Positions 9,306 to 18,328 of a stretch of 64,000 nt of DNA are shown here, one piece after another. A program made the translations under genes and the position numbers. Location of the stretch: contig OZ245006.1 in assembly GCA_965223545.1 (NCBI GenBank), positions 3,584,001 to 3,648,000 of the forward strand, read 5' to 3'. Every line of letters begins with the position of its first letter. The stretch's first letter is position 1. The notes beneath the pieces were generated by a model that saw only the letters and a list, made by a program, of their open reading frames with translations, did no database searches and had not been told where the DNA came from. The stretch is from Planctomycetota bacterium. Its GTDB lineage: Bacteria > Planctomycetota > UBA1135 > UBA2386.

Positions 9306-11447
9306 CTATTGCCCTCCGACGAGCTTCCGGATCTCCTTCAACACGTCGTGCGCCGCTTCGTGCTCCGGGCTCCGCGGATCGAGCAAGCCCGCCCACATCA
9401 TGATCTGCACGCTCTCGGCCGTCGCGACCGATGGTGACCCGCTGCCAGCGAGGCGCGGGCATATCGTCACCCACAAGAGCGGGCTCTCGCGGAGCGGCCC
9501 GGCCAACGAAGTGCTCCAGCGCTCGAACGGATCGGGCGAAGCGGCCCGCAAGAAGATGGCGCGCGCGAGCGGACCACCGTCGCGTTGGTCGATCACGCGG
9601 GCGTGCTGCTCGACGTCGACCTCGAGGCCGAGACGGTCGAAGGACGCGCGCAGACGATCGATGGTGTCCGCTTCGGACGCACCGACCGCGAAGCCGGTGG
9701 TGACCTGCTGGAGCACCTTGTCGGACCGCAACGACGCGATCGGCGCCGCCAGCCACAGAACCAGCAGCGCGCAGAGTCCGTAGGCCGAAACCTCCGCACC
9801 GGTGTGCCACGCACGCCGCGTCAGCTCCCGCGACGTCGACACGCGCGCGCCTGCGGCGAGCACCACGGCCAGCAAGACGAAACCACCCAGCAGGAAGACC
9901 CAGCTCCACGGCGCCGGCAGATCCAGCGGCGCACTGGACAAGTTCTGCTCCATGACGACCCGGGGCCGGCTGTCGGACGGCACGAACGCGGTGATCTCCC
10001 CCGCCGGAGCGGCGAGTTGCAGCAGATCCCAGGGCTGTCGTGCCCACTGCTCGAACATGCCGGTCACGCCTCTTGGGGACGGTTCCCAGCCGTGCACGCC
10101 GCGCTCCCAGTGCAGCACGTGGCCCAACAGGATCGAGCCCACGGCCAACATCCCACCGACGAACAAGAAGGCGCGGCGCGAGAGCCAGCCCACGCGCGTG
10201 GACTGGCCCAGCGCCGCCACCCACTCCGGGTCCTTGCCGACCCGGCTGCCCAACGCACACACGAAGGCGACCACCACGACCACCGCGCCGACGCCCGCGG
10301 CGAACGGTCCGAGGTTCCAGGCCACGCCGAGCAGGATCCACGCCGCGGCGAGGTAGGCGGTCGTGCGCCAACCCGACCCGGGCGCGCCGACGATCTCGTC
10401 CGCCGAGGGCCCCTGCCGCCGCGCGCCTCGATGCCGCGCCGGCGGAGCGACGGCGGCGCCGGCGGAGGTCTTGCCCGCCGAGACATCGTCGACATCCGTC
10501 TTGATCTCGAGCGCCGCCTGGTAGCGGCGGGTCGGCTCGCGTTCGAGCGCCTTGAGCACGATCCGGTCGAGCTGCACGTCGACCCGCACGCGCTGCGACG
10601 GTGGCTCGAACGCGCCGCGCGGCAGCGATCCCGTCAGCATCTCGTACAGCACCACCCCGAGCGCGAAGAGATCGGCGCGGTGGTCCACTTCCAGCGGGCG
10701 CTCCATCTGCTCGGGTGCCATGTAGTGCGGCGTCCCCATGACCTGATCGCTGCGTGTCAGCCCGGCGTCGGCAGTCGGGTCGACCAGCTTCGCCAGCCCG
10801 AAGTCCGCGACCTTGACCCGCCCGCGCGCATCGACGAGCACGTTCTCCGGCTTGATGTCACGGTGCACGACGCCTTCGTCGTGGGCGTACTGCAGCGCGT
10901 CGCACAGCTCCGCCGCGATCGCCAGCGCCTGGCGCGGCTCGAGCCGATCGCCCTGCATCAGCTGCCGCAGGTTCACACCGTCGACAAGCTCCATGATCAA
11001 GAAGTGCAGGCCGTCGGCGCAGCCGAAGTCGTGCACCGCGACGATGCCGGGGTGTCCCAACCGCGCCAGGGTGCGCGCCTCGCGCTGGAAGCGCTCGGCG
11101 AAGGCCGGGTCGTCGCCGAGCGACCGCGACAGGACCTTCAACGCCACGATCCGATCCAGCTGCGGTTGGCGGGCCTTGAACACCGAGCCCATCCCGCCCT
11201 GGCCGAGCAGCACCTCGATCTCCAGCGACGGAAACGCCGCCCGCACCTCCTCGAGCGATGGCGGCGGCCCGGGCCGGACGCCGCCCGAACCGGTGGCACC
11301 GGACGCGGAATCCGGCGTCGCGGCGGGCTGCTGGGCCAGCTCCAGCAGACAACGGGGGCAGTTGTCCTGCGCGGAGCGGACGGGCGCTCCGCACCGCGGG
11401 CAGTTCGGAGTCGCGGAGGGACTGGATCGCGCGTCGTTCGTGCTCAT
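9306..11447 (-). CDS. Membrane Ser/Thr protein kinase
   Basis: N-terminal CPRC..CPRC, GQGGMG, VALK, HRDIKPEN, DFGLAK and GTPHYMAPE. Several C-terminal TM helices. Confidence 0.95.
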   Translation of the reverse strand: MSTNDARSSPSATPNCPRCGAPVRSAQDNCPRCLLELAQQPAATPDSASGATGSGGVRPGPPPSLEEVRAAFPSLEIEVLLGQGGMGSVFKARQPQLDRIVALKVLSRSLGDDPAFAERFQREARTLARLGHPGIVAVHDFGCADGLHFLIMELVDGVNLRQLMQGDRLEPRQALAIAAELCDALQYAHDEGVVHRDIKPENVLVDARGRVKVADFGLAKLVDPTADAGLTRSDQVMGTPHYMAPEQMERPLEVDHRADLFALGVVLYEMLTGSLPRGAFEPPSQRVRVDVQLDRIVLKALEREPTRRYQAALEIKTDVDDVSAGKTSAGAAVAPPARHRGARRQGPSADEIVGAPGSGWRTTAYLAAAWILLGVAWNLGPFAAGVGAVVVVVAFVCALGSRVGKDPEWVAALGQSTRVGWLSRRAFLFVGGMLAVGSILLGHVLHWERGVHGWEPSPRGVTGMFEQWARQPWDLLQLAAPAGEITAFVPSDSRPRVVMEQNLSSAPLDLPAPWSWVFLLGGFVLLAVVLAAGARVSTSRELTRRAWHTGAEVSAYGLCALLVLWLAAPIASLRSDKVLQQVTTGFAVGASEADTIDRLRASFDRLGLEVDVEQHARVIDQRDGGPLARAIFLRAASPDPFERWSTSLAGPLRESPLLWVTICPRLAGSGSPSVATAESVQIMMWAGLLDPRSPEHEAAHDVLKEIRKLVGGQ

Positions 11448-11555
11448 GGCGGCCTCACCACCCCCTGCATGAAGGGCGGTCCCAACGTTACCGACCCCGC
11501 CGTGTTTTCTCGGCCAATCGACCGCACCGCGCCAGCCCGCCGGCGCGGCCTGGTG

Positions 11556-12287
11556 TCACAGAGCCGCGATCAGACTCGCCAACTCCTCGTCGACGTCATC
11601 CCTGCCACCGACGGTCTCGGCGATCTCTTCGCGCACCAGCTCGCCGTAGCGCTTGCGCAGGCGGTGCGCGGCGACCCTGACCGCGTTGGCGGTCATGCCG
11701 AGCTCGACCGCGATCGCAGCGAAGCGCGGCGCGTCGTCGGTGGCGGTGAGCGATGGGCGCAGCTGCTCGAAGAGCGCCGCTCTACCGATGCGGTCCTGCT
11801 CGGCGCGCAGCCGGTCCAAGGCAGTGGCGAGGAGCTGACGGGCCCAAGCCCGCTCGAACGCCCGCGCCGGAGTCTCGTCGTCGACCGGTTCGCGGCCGAA
11901 CCGCGCCTCGGCGTCCAACGCGTCGAGTGACAGCGCGGCGCGGCCCCCGCCGCGCTTCTGCGCCCGTGCCCGCGCGCGCTGGTTGGCGAGGAAGTGCTGG
12001 AACGAAGTCAGGAGGTAGGCGCGGAACTTGCCGCGCCCCGGATCCGCGCGCGCCACGTCACCGCGCTCCAACCAAAGCGCGAAGAAGCCCTGCGTCAAAT
12101 CCGCGGCCTCTTCCGCGCGCTCACCGCGCCGGCGAGCGTAGGCATACAGCGGATACCAATACGCACGCGCCAAGTCCTCCAACGCCGCGCGCCGTTCCGG
12201 CTCGGGAGCACGCGCGCCGGCGAGGACGATGCTCCAACGCGTCGTCAAGAAGGAGGCGGGGCGGTGGGCGTGATCGTCGGAGGACAC
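11556..12287 (-). CDS. ECF sigma factor (kinase-associated type)
   Basis: FLTTRWSIVLA, YWYPLYAY, ADLTQGFF, GKFRAYLL, and a region 4 HTH (ELGMTANAVRVAAHRLR). Lies upstream of the kinase. Confidence 0.9.
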   Translation of the reverse strand: MSSDDHAHRPASFLTTRWSIVLAGARAPEPERRAALEDLARAYWYPLYAYARRRGERAEEAADLTQGFFALWLERGDVARADPGRGKFRAYLLTSFQHFLANQRARARAQKRGGGRAALSLDALDAEARFGREPVDDETPARAFERAWARQLLATALDRLRAEQDRIGRAALFEQLRPSLTATDDAPRFAAIAVELGMTANAVRVAAHRLRKRYGELVREEIAETVGGRDDVDEELASLIAAL

Positions 12288-12534
12288 GACAACAGAGTAG
12301 CGCAGCCCGCCGCTCGAGCGATCGAGCTGGGTCTGTAACGGCCGACGTAGAGATGAGTGGCAGTGACCTCTCGAGCGCCGCGCGACGCACCGCCGCCGGC
12401 GCTTTTTCCTCCGCTCACGGGATTAACAAGTGTGGACCCGCCGCACCAAGGAGGTGACCCATCGCCGAACGACACCAACGACAACAACACGACAACACCC
12501 GCACCGACCCCCTCAGAGAGGCTCGAACCAGCAA

Positions 12535-12864
12535 ATGATGTTGGACCAAGACTCGTTCGATCGCATCTGCAACAAGTTGGAGGCGATCTACCCCAGTATC
12601 GTCCGAGACAAACGGCTGAAGCGGATCAGCGACACGCTGAAACGCGGCGGCCTCGACACCCAAGCCGACCTGGCGCACGAAGCCATCGTGGTTCTTCTGC
12701 ACAAGGCCAAGAAGGGCCAGGTCGAGGGTCTCATCAGCGAGAAGGCGATTCTCGCGTTCGTCCGGCGCACTGCCTACTTCCTCGCCAAGCGCGAGCTGGA
12801 CAAGCGCCAGCGTCGTGCGGCTCTCATCCACAAGATCGTGGAGGAGAGCGTCGCGAGCTCGTAA
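12535..12864 (+). CDS. Small protein resembling isolated ECF sigma region 2
   Basis: ADLAHEAIVVLL...LAFVRRTAYFLAKRELDKRQRR follows the region 2.2-2.4 pattern. No region 4. Confidence 0.55.
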   Translation: MMLDQDSFDRICNKLEAIYPSIVRDKRLKRISDTLKRGGLDTQADLAHEAIVVLLHKAKKGQVEGLISEKAILAFVRRTAYFLAKRELDKRQRRAALIHKIVEESVASS

Positions 12865-12884
12865 CGCCGAGCGCCGCTTTCCCA

Positions 12885-12909
12885 ACAACCCGGGCTCTGC
12901 CCGGGTTGT
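12885..12909. terminator. Intergenic hairpin
   Basis: Perfect 11-bp inverted repeat ACAACCCGGGC-TCT-GCCCGGGTTGT with no strong U tract. Confidence 0.4.
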
Positions 12910-12944
12910 GCCCGTTTCACGCCCCCGCCCGCACAGAGAGGAAC

Positions 12945-13361
12945 ATGCCAAACGACCACCGTCTCGAGCGATGGCTCCAGAAGAGCATCGTGCACACCCG
13001 ATTCGATCGAATCGCCGCCGACAACGAGCTGTTGAGAGCTCGGCGCGCAACCGTCGTGGAGCTCATCGACGACCCTCGCACCGTCGACCTGGACTCAATC
13101 CGCGACGTCCACGACCTCGAGCTGCGGCAGCTCGAAGTGCTCGCCGCCAGCATCTGCCCCGACACCCCCGACACCACGACCGAACCAATCCGGAGCATCC
13201 CGATGAAGCAACCCGACCAGAAGAAGAAGGCAACGGACAACCGCCGAAGCAAGCAGCCCGCGAAGCACACCGTCGGCACGAAGAAGAAGGCCGCCGCCAA
13301 GAAGGCCAAGCTCCGCGCCGCGGACAAGAAGCCGGTCGCGGCCGCCGAGCAAGACGGGTAG
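12945..13361 (+). CDS. Hypothetical protein with Lys/Ala-rich (histone H1-like) tail
   Basis: GAGAGG RBS before the ATG. Tail KKKAAAKKAKLRAADKK. Possible second in-frame start at 13203. Confidence 0.6.
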   Translation: MPNDHRLERWLQKSIVHTRFDRIAADNELLRARRATVVELIDDPRTVDLDSIRDVHDLELRQLEVLAASICPDTPDTTTEPIRSIPMKQPDQKKKATDNRRSKQPAKHTVGTKKKAAAKKAKLRAADKKPVAAAEQDG

Positions 13362-13602
13362 CGAACGCGGCGCGGGGCGCACCCGCGACGCGCGCGAGCC
13401 GTCACGGCCCGACACTTTGCGACCCGGCGTCGACGCGCAGACGGACCAACGTATATGGCGAAGCCCGCACCACACCGGGCCGGTGCCGCGAAGAATTATC
13501 GCGGCACTACTGGGCGCCGACTGCCGTTGACCCCAGGGCGAGCGGTCCACAAACTCCGACCGCCAGCCGTGGTTCGCAACGCAGATCGGGTGTCCCAGCT
13601 CC

Positions 13603-14634
13603 ATGTCAGATGTCGTCGTCGCCCAGCTCTCGGACCTGCACTTCGGGTCCAGCTCAACGGACAAGGACGACGCGCACAATGCGCGCGTCCTGCTCAGCCC
13701 GTTGTCCGAGTCGTTCCGCCGTGTACTGACGGCGCACCTCGAGCTTCCGTTGACGACGCGTGTACAAATCGTCGCGACCGGCGACATCACCAACATCGGC
13801 GACGAGGCCAGCCTCGACTTGGCGATCGCGTTCTTGTCGGGTCGGTTCCGCAACCGAACAACCGGAACGCTGGTCGGACTCGGCGTCGACAACCCCGAGC
13901 GGCTGACCCTCGCCCCCGGCAATCACGACCACTGGGGTGGCAAAGGGCGGAAGTTTCCGTTCCTGCCAACCCATGACCATCGCGTCCACAACAGGCTTCC
14001 GCTCGACCCGCACAAGGTGCGCAGCGCGGATCGACAGCTGTGCCTGCAAGTGTTCTCGGTGGACACGTCCTCGGGTCACGCGGCTTCGTTCTCGAAGACG
14101 AACGCCAAACAACCGGGACACATCAGCCCCGAGCAGTTCGAGGTCTTGAGCGATCAGCTGCAAACCGCGGAGCCCGACGACGCGAGGACCGTGCGCTGCC
14201 TGCTGATCCACCACGACCTGGCCCCCGATCTCGGTTGGAAGCGCGCCAAGGCCTCGGCCATGAACCCGGAGATGCCGCGTCCGTGGCCGCTGCGGCGCCA
14301 GGATCGACTGCGGCTGTTCCACCTCGCACACGAGTACGAGATCGCGGCGATCCTGACCGGGCATCAGCACATCGCCATGGGTCGGATGCGGCCCACGGCC
14401 GAAGAACGAGCACCGGCCGGTACACCCTTGGTGCGTGAGCTCCGCGCGCCGTCGGCCCTGCAGGGACACGCTCAGGACGGACTACAGGGATTCCTGGTGC
14501 ATCACCTGCACGAGCGGGGGACTCCGGGGAAGATCCGCTGGGACGTCTACGTGTTTGGCTGGATGCGGCACGGCTTCTTCATGCGGAGCCGCCCGTGGCG
14601 CTGGTTCGAGCTCGATCCACTGGCCTCGACATGA
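13603..14634 (+). CDS. Calcineurin-like metallophosphoesterase
   Basis: SDLHFG, TGDIT, PGNHD, IHH and GHQH motifs. Confidence 0.9.
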   Translation: MSDVVVAQLSDLHFGSSSTDKDDAHNARVLLSPLSESFRRVLTAHLELPLTTRVQIVATGDITNIGDEASLDLAIAFLSGRFRNRTTGTLVGLGVDNPERLTLAPGNHDHWGGKGRKFPFLPTHDHRVHNRLPLDPHKVRSADRQLCLQVFSVDTSSGHAASFSKTNAKQPGHISPEQFEVLSDQLQTAEPDDARTVRCLLIHHDLAPDLGWKRAKASAMNPEMPRPWPLRRQDRLRLFHLAHEYEIAAILTGHQHIAMGRMRPTAEERAPAGTPLVRELRAPSALQGHAQDGLQGFLVHHLHERGTPGKIRWDVYVFGWMRHGFFMRSRPWRWFELDPLAST

Positions 14635-14773
14635 GTCACAAATTGCTTTTGAAAAAAGGCTTATGTCGTCCGACTCCATCCCGGAGGCAGGCCGCTCGGG
14701 CATCTTCGCACAGGCGGTGTAACGGGTTGCGTATAGAGGGCGTGGTCGCCACCACTCTCCGAGCCACTGCTCC

Positions 14774-15352
14774 ATGACGCGACCCGCGAACACAGCCCAG
14801 GGACCGCCCGAAGCACTCGCAGCACGTCTGCAGAAAGGAGATCCAGATGCACTCACCGAGGCCTTCCGTCAGCTCGAACCACAGCTCCGCCGTTGGCTCG
14901 CCTGGCGCTTCGCGTCGAGACTCGACGCCAGCGACCGCGACGATGTCATCGGCCAGACGGTGTTGCGCGCCTGGCGCCTGCACGACCGCTGCAACCCACA
15001 CGGCAATTGGCAGGCTTGGCTACGCGCGATCGCTCGAAGTGTTGCCTTCGACCTACTCCGCGCCCGTGCCCGCGCTCCGACCCAATCGCTGTCTCACGAC
15101 GTGGTCTCCCGGCCACCCGCGGATCTCGGCGGCGACCGCGACGCCTTGCGCGAACGGCTGCGGCGCTGCATCAAGGAGCTACCGGAGATCGATCGCACGA
15201 TCATCGAAGCCTACGTCAGCAGCCCGAACCCGGACCGCTGGGCGAGCACGCTCTCGGCCGAGCTGGGAGTCGCCCCGGGTACTCTGCGCGTTCGCAAGGC
15301 GCGCATCGTGAGCCGACTCCGTCGGATGTTGGAAACGGAGCGGGAAGAATGA
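14774..15352 (+). CDS. ECF sigma factor
   Basis: DDVIGQTVLRAW, QAWLRAIARSVAFDLLR, CIKELP and ELGVAPGTLRVRKARI. Confidence 0.85.
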   Translation: MTRPANTAQGPPEALAARLQKGDPDALTEAFRQLEPQLRRWLAWRFASRLDASDRDDVIGQTVLRAWRLHDRCNPHGNWQAWLRAIARSVAFDLLRARARAPTQSLSHDVVSRPPADLGGDRDALRERLRRCIKELPEIDRTIIEAYVSSPNPDRWASTLSAELGVAPGTLRVRKARIVSRLRRMLETEREE

Positions 15353-16566
15353 CGACGCTGGAACGACTGGAAGCAGAGATCAACCGGCAGCTGGGGCGTT
15401 TGCGCAACGAGCCCGTCTCCCGGCCGACCGAACACTACGAAGCGGTCATCGACGATGCCCTGCACGACTTGCGCGGCGAGCTGCACGCCGCCGATGAGAC
15501 CGACCCGGATCGGGAGCCGCTCTCGGCCCTGTACCACTGGACCCAGCACCTCCGCGAGATCGGAGAGCGCGGTCGCGCCTCGCTGGCGTTGGTGTGCGAA
15601 ACCTGGAGAGCCTCCGACGAGTTGCTGCGGGACATACCGACGACGGATTTCGTCGAGCGCGTCGATCTGACCCTCGGCGGGTTGTCGACCGCGATCGAGA
15701 GCTTGTTGCCGGACTCGATGTTGACCGAGAAGAGCCCGCGCTTCGTCGTCGACCGCGACAGCCAGGTCGGCTGGTGGCGCGGCACCGACCGGCAGCACGA
15801 GCTGATGCCGCTCGCCGTCAACGCCGCGATTTCCGCCGGCCGCTTTCCGCCGGATGAGGCCGAGGCGGTGGCGCGCAACATCATCCGCGCCCTCACCGCC
15901 CGGCCGGACGAAGCCGAGCTTTTGTGTCGGTTCCACGTCCACCCGACGGACACCGGTGCCGAGCTTCAGTGGGTGCGCCCCAACCTGCTCGAGGAAGGCG
16001 ACAAGCCCCTGCTGCTGCCAGTGGAAGGCGAGAGGGATCCGTTTTCGAGCGATGAAGAGCTGGTCGCGAGGAACCACGTGGTCCTGTACGACCTGCTCGA
16101 CGAGCTCTCCTGCGAAGCCAACACCGTCGGTCCCGAGAACGCGCCGCTGGCGATCGAGTGCATGGCAGCCGTGCGCGATGTGGCCTTGCAAGAGGCCGCT
16201 CCCCTCGAGATCCAGAACTTCACCCGCGAGCTCTGCCAGCTGACCGAGGACCGCTTCAGCATTCCGGTGCCGCCGGAGCCCGTTGTCGCGGTCGCCGAAC
16301 ACCGTCCGCGCGAGATCCACGCCGATCGCAAGATCACCGTGGAGGGAGGCACGTACGAGGTCCGCTACCGCTCCTTTGCCAAGCGCGAGGTCACGGTGAC
16401 GGTCATGGGGCTCTCCGACGTCGAGCTTTCGACCTGTGACGGCCCCGCGCGCGCGGCATCGGCAGCGGGCGTGTTCATCGTCGACGAAACCGCGCTGCAC
16501 TCCCCGTTGCAGCTGCGCATCCAGGAGACCGTGCACGAGATCCCCCCCCTCCTCCCCGATGGCTAA
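15349..16566 (+). CDS. Hypothetical soluble protein, putative anti-sigma factor
   Basis: ATGA overlap with the sigma gene. Acidic helical N-terminal part and a beta-rich C-terminal domain of about 90 aa. No TM segment seen. Function is inferred from position only. Confidence 0.6.
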   Translation: MTTLERLEAEINRQLGRLRNEPVSRPTEHYEAVIDDALHDLRGELHAADETDPDREPLSALYHWTQHLREIGERGRASLALVCETWRASDELLRDIPTTDFVERVDLTLGGLSTAIESLLPDSMLTEKSPRFVVDRDSQVGWWRGTDRQHELMPLAVNAAISAGRFPPDEAEAVARNIIRALTARPDEAELLCRFHVHPTDTGAELQWVRPNLLEEGDKPLLLPVEGERDPFSSDEELVARNHVVLYDLLDELSCEANTVGPENAPLAIECMAAVRDVALQEAAPLEIQNFTRELCQLTEDRFSIPVPPEPVVAVAEHRPREIHADRKITVEGGTYEVRYRSFAKREVTVTVMGLSDVELSTCDGPARAASAAGVFIVDETALHSPLQLRIQETVHEIPPLLPDG

Positions 16567-18292
16567 ACCGGCGACGGCGATCCTGCTCGAGCAGCGGCTG
16601 GCGACCGACCGCAACGTTCCGCACGCCGACGTGTGGAGCGCCGGCTTGCCCGCGCTGTTCGCCGCACTCGAGTCCCCCGCCGACCCGCGGCTGGGCGGCA
16701 AGATCCGCGCTCGACTGCGCCTCACCGGGCAGGACGATCCTCGCCTCGACGGGTACGACCCCGTCGCTCCCAACGCCGCGGTGCCGGTCGTCCTCAACGT
16801 GGGCGAAGACATGGAGATCGGCTTCTTGGCGTTTCGCAAGAGCAACATCGTGGTCACCGGCGACCCGGTGCAGGCCGACCCCGACTTCGCCGACGCGATC
16901 CGCGCCGCGCGCGCCAGTCTTCGGCGTCGCTATCGCGTGTTCGGTACGCTGACGCCACACTTCGACAGCCCGTCGCGCCCCGACAGCGTGCGCGGCAGCT
17001 CGATCGGTCCGGCCGCGCTGGTCGCCGCCGTCTTGGCCACCGGCATCGCCAACATCCCGGGCGGGCTGTACCTCGACTCCGAGCACGAATACGATCCCGA
17101 CCGTGATGTGTTTCCGTGGGTCCCCCTCGGTGCGTGGAATCCCCGGCGCGAAGGACTGCTGCCGCTGGAGCCCGAGGTCCTGACGAAGAAGATGACCGCC
17201 GCGCGGCGCGCCGGTTTCCGGCATTTCCTCGTCGTCGGCGACCGTCACGACGCAATCGGCAAGCTCGCCACCGGCCTCGCGCAAGAACTCGGCGCATACC
17301 CACCGGAGTTCGTACCCGAGAACATCGACGACGCGTTACAGGTCGTCGTGCACGCCTTCGTCGGTGCCCGCGACCGCGCCTACTTCGAGAGTCTGCGGGA
17401 GACCGTGGAGATCGCCGACTCGATCGCCCACCATTCGGCGCGCGCACACCCCACGTCACGGGCCGAGCTGGCCCGGCTGGCGCAGCATCCGTTCAGCCGC
17501 AGCGTTCTGGCGCAAGCCGCGCACTGTTTGCAGCACCCCGAATGGCAGGTCGACCAGGGTCCATTCTGGTGGGATGACAAGCCAAACCTGAATGTGCTCA
17601 ATGAGCTGGGGATCGAGGCGTTCGGTCCGATCCCATCTCGCTTCGGCAAGCGGCGCGACTACTTCGCGCGCGTCCTGTCGGTCGACCCCCGCATGTACGC
17701 GACGCAACACCACCGCGCTGATGCCGTCGGCTACATCGGCGTGCTACCCCTCACCGAACGCGCAACGGGTCACTACCTGCGTGGCCTGGTCTCGCAGTTC
17801 GAGTGGACCGAGCGCGACCTCAAGCCCCACGACGCCGGGACGTGCCACACGGTGTACGTGCAGGCGCTCTACATCCGCGACGAGAACCGCGACCACACGG
17901 CAGCCGCGCTACGCATCGCTCTGCTCGAGATCTGCGAGCGCGTCGCGAAGCTGCTGCCGGACGATTGGTGTCCGGGCCGCGCCCCACACCCGCGGATCTT
18001 GGCCGAGGGCACGACGCCTGCCGGCAAGCGCCTACTGGCGCGCACCGGCTGGAACCGCATCGGCACCAGTGCGCTCGCCAATCCAATCTTCGAATTCCGC
18101 CTCGACAACCACGAGCGGAGCTGGCCGGCGAATCTGCAGCCAACCCCGGACACGCGGTTCGGCCACTTGAGGCTGGCGTTCGGCATCGGCTGGCTCCCGC
18201 GCCGGCCGGCGACCGCGCCGCGCCACGCGCCGGTGCGCTCGCGCCCCCACCGCGAACAGGGCGGGGCAACGGCGTTGTCCGCCGAGCCTTGA
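16559..18292 (+). CDS. Lon (S16)-type protease domain fused to a GNAT-like domain
   Basis: Lon-C-like RGSSIGPAALVA, LGAW..LLPL...TKKMTAARRAGFRHFLV and FVPENIDDAL. GNAT-like VGYIGVLPL, VYVQALYIRDENR and TPAGKRLLARTGW. Confidence 0.6.
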   Translation: MAKPATAILLEQRLATDRNVPHADVWSAGLPALFAALESPADPRLGGKIRARLRLTGQDDPRLDGYDPVAPNAAVPVVLNVGEDMEIGFLAFRKSNIVVTGDPVQADPDFADAIRAARASLRRRYRVFGTLTPHFDSPSRPDSVRGSSIGPAALVAAVLATGIANIPGGLYLDSEHEYDPDRDVFPWVPLGAWNPRREGLLPLEPEVLTKKMTAARRAGFRHFLVVGDRHDAIGKLATGLAQELGAYPPEFVPENIDDALQVVVHAFVGARDRAYFESLRETVEIADSIAHHSARAHPTSRAELARLAQHPFSRSVLAQAAHCLQHPEWQVDQGPFWWDDKPNLNVLNELGIEAFGPIPSRFGKRRDYFARVLSVDPRMYATQHHRADAVGYIGVLPLTERATGHYLRGLVSQFEWTERDLKPHDAGTCHTVYVQALYIRDENRDHTAAALRIALLEICERVAKLLPDDWCPGRAPHPRILAEGTTPAGKRLLARTGWNRIGTSALANPIFEFRLDNHERSWPANLQPTPDTRFGHLRLAFGIGWLPRRPATAPRHAPVRSRPHREQGGATALSAEP

Positions 18293-18328
18293 GCAATCGG
18301 CCACCCTCGCGCCCCGCCCGGCCAGGGC

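Noticed and set aside
12448..12457. Perfect SD-like AAGGAGGTGA
   Set aside because: No start codon at a suitable spacing downstream, so no gene can be assigned.
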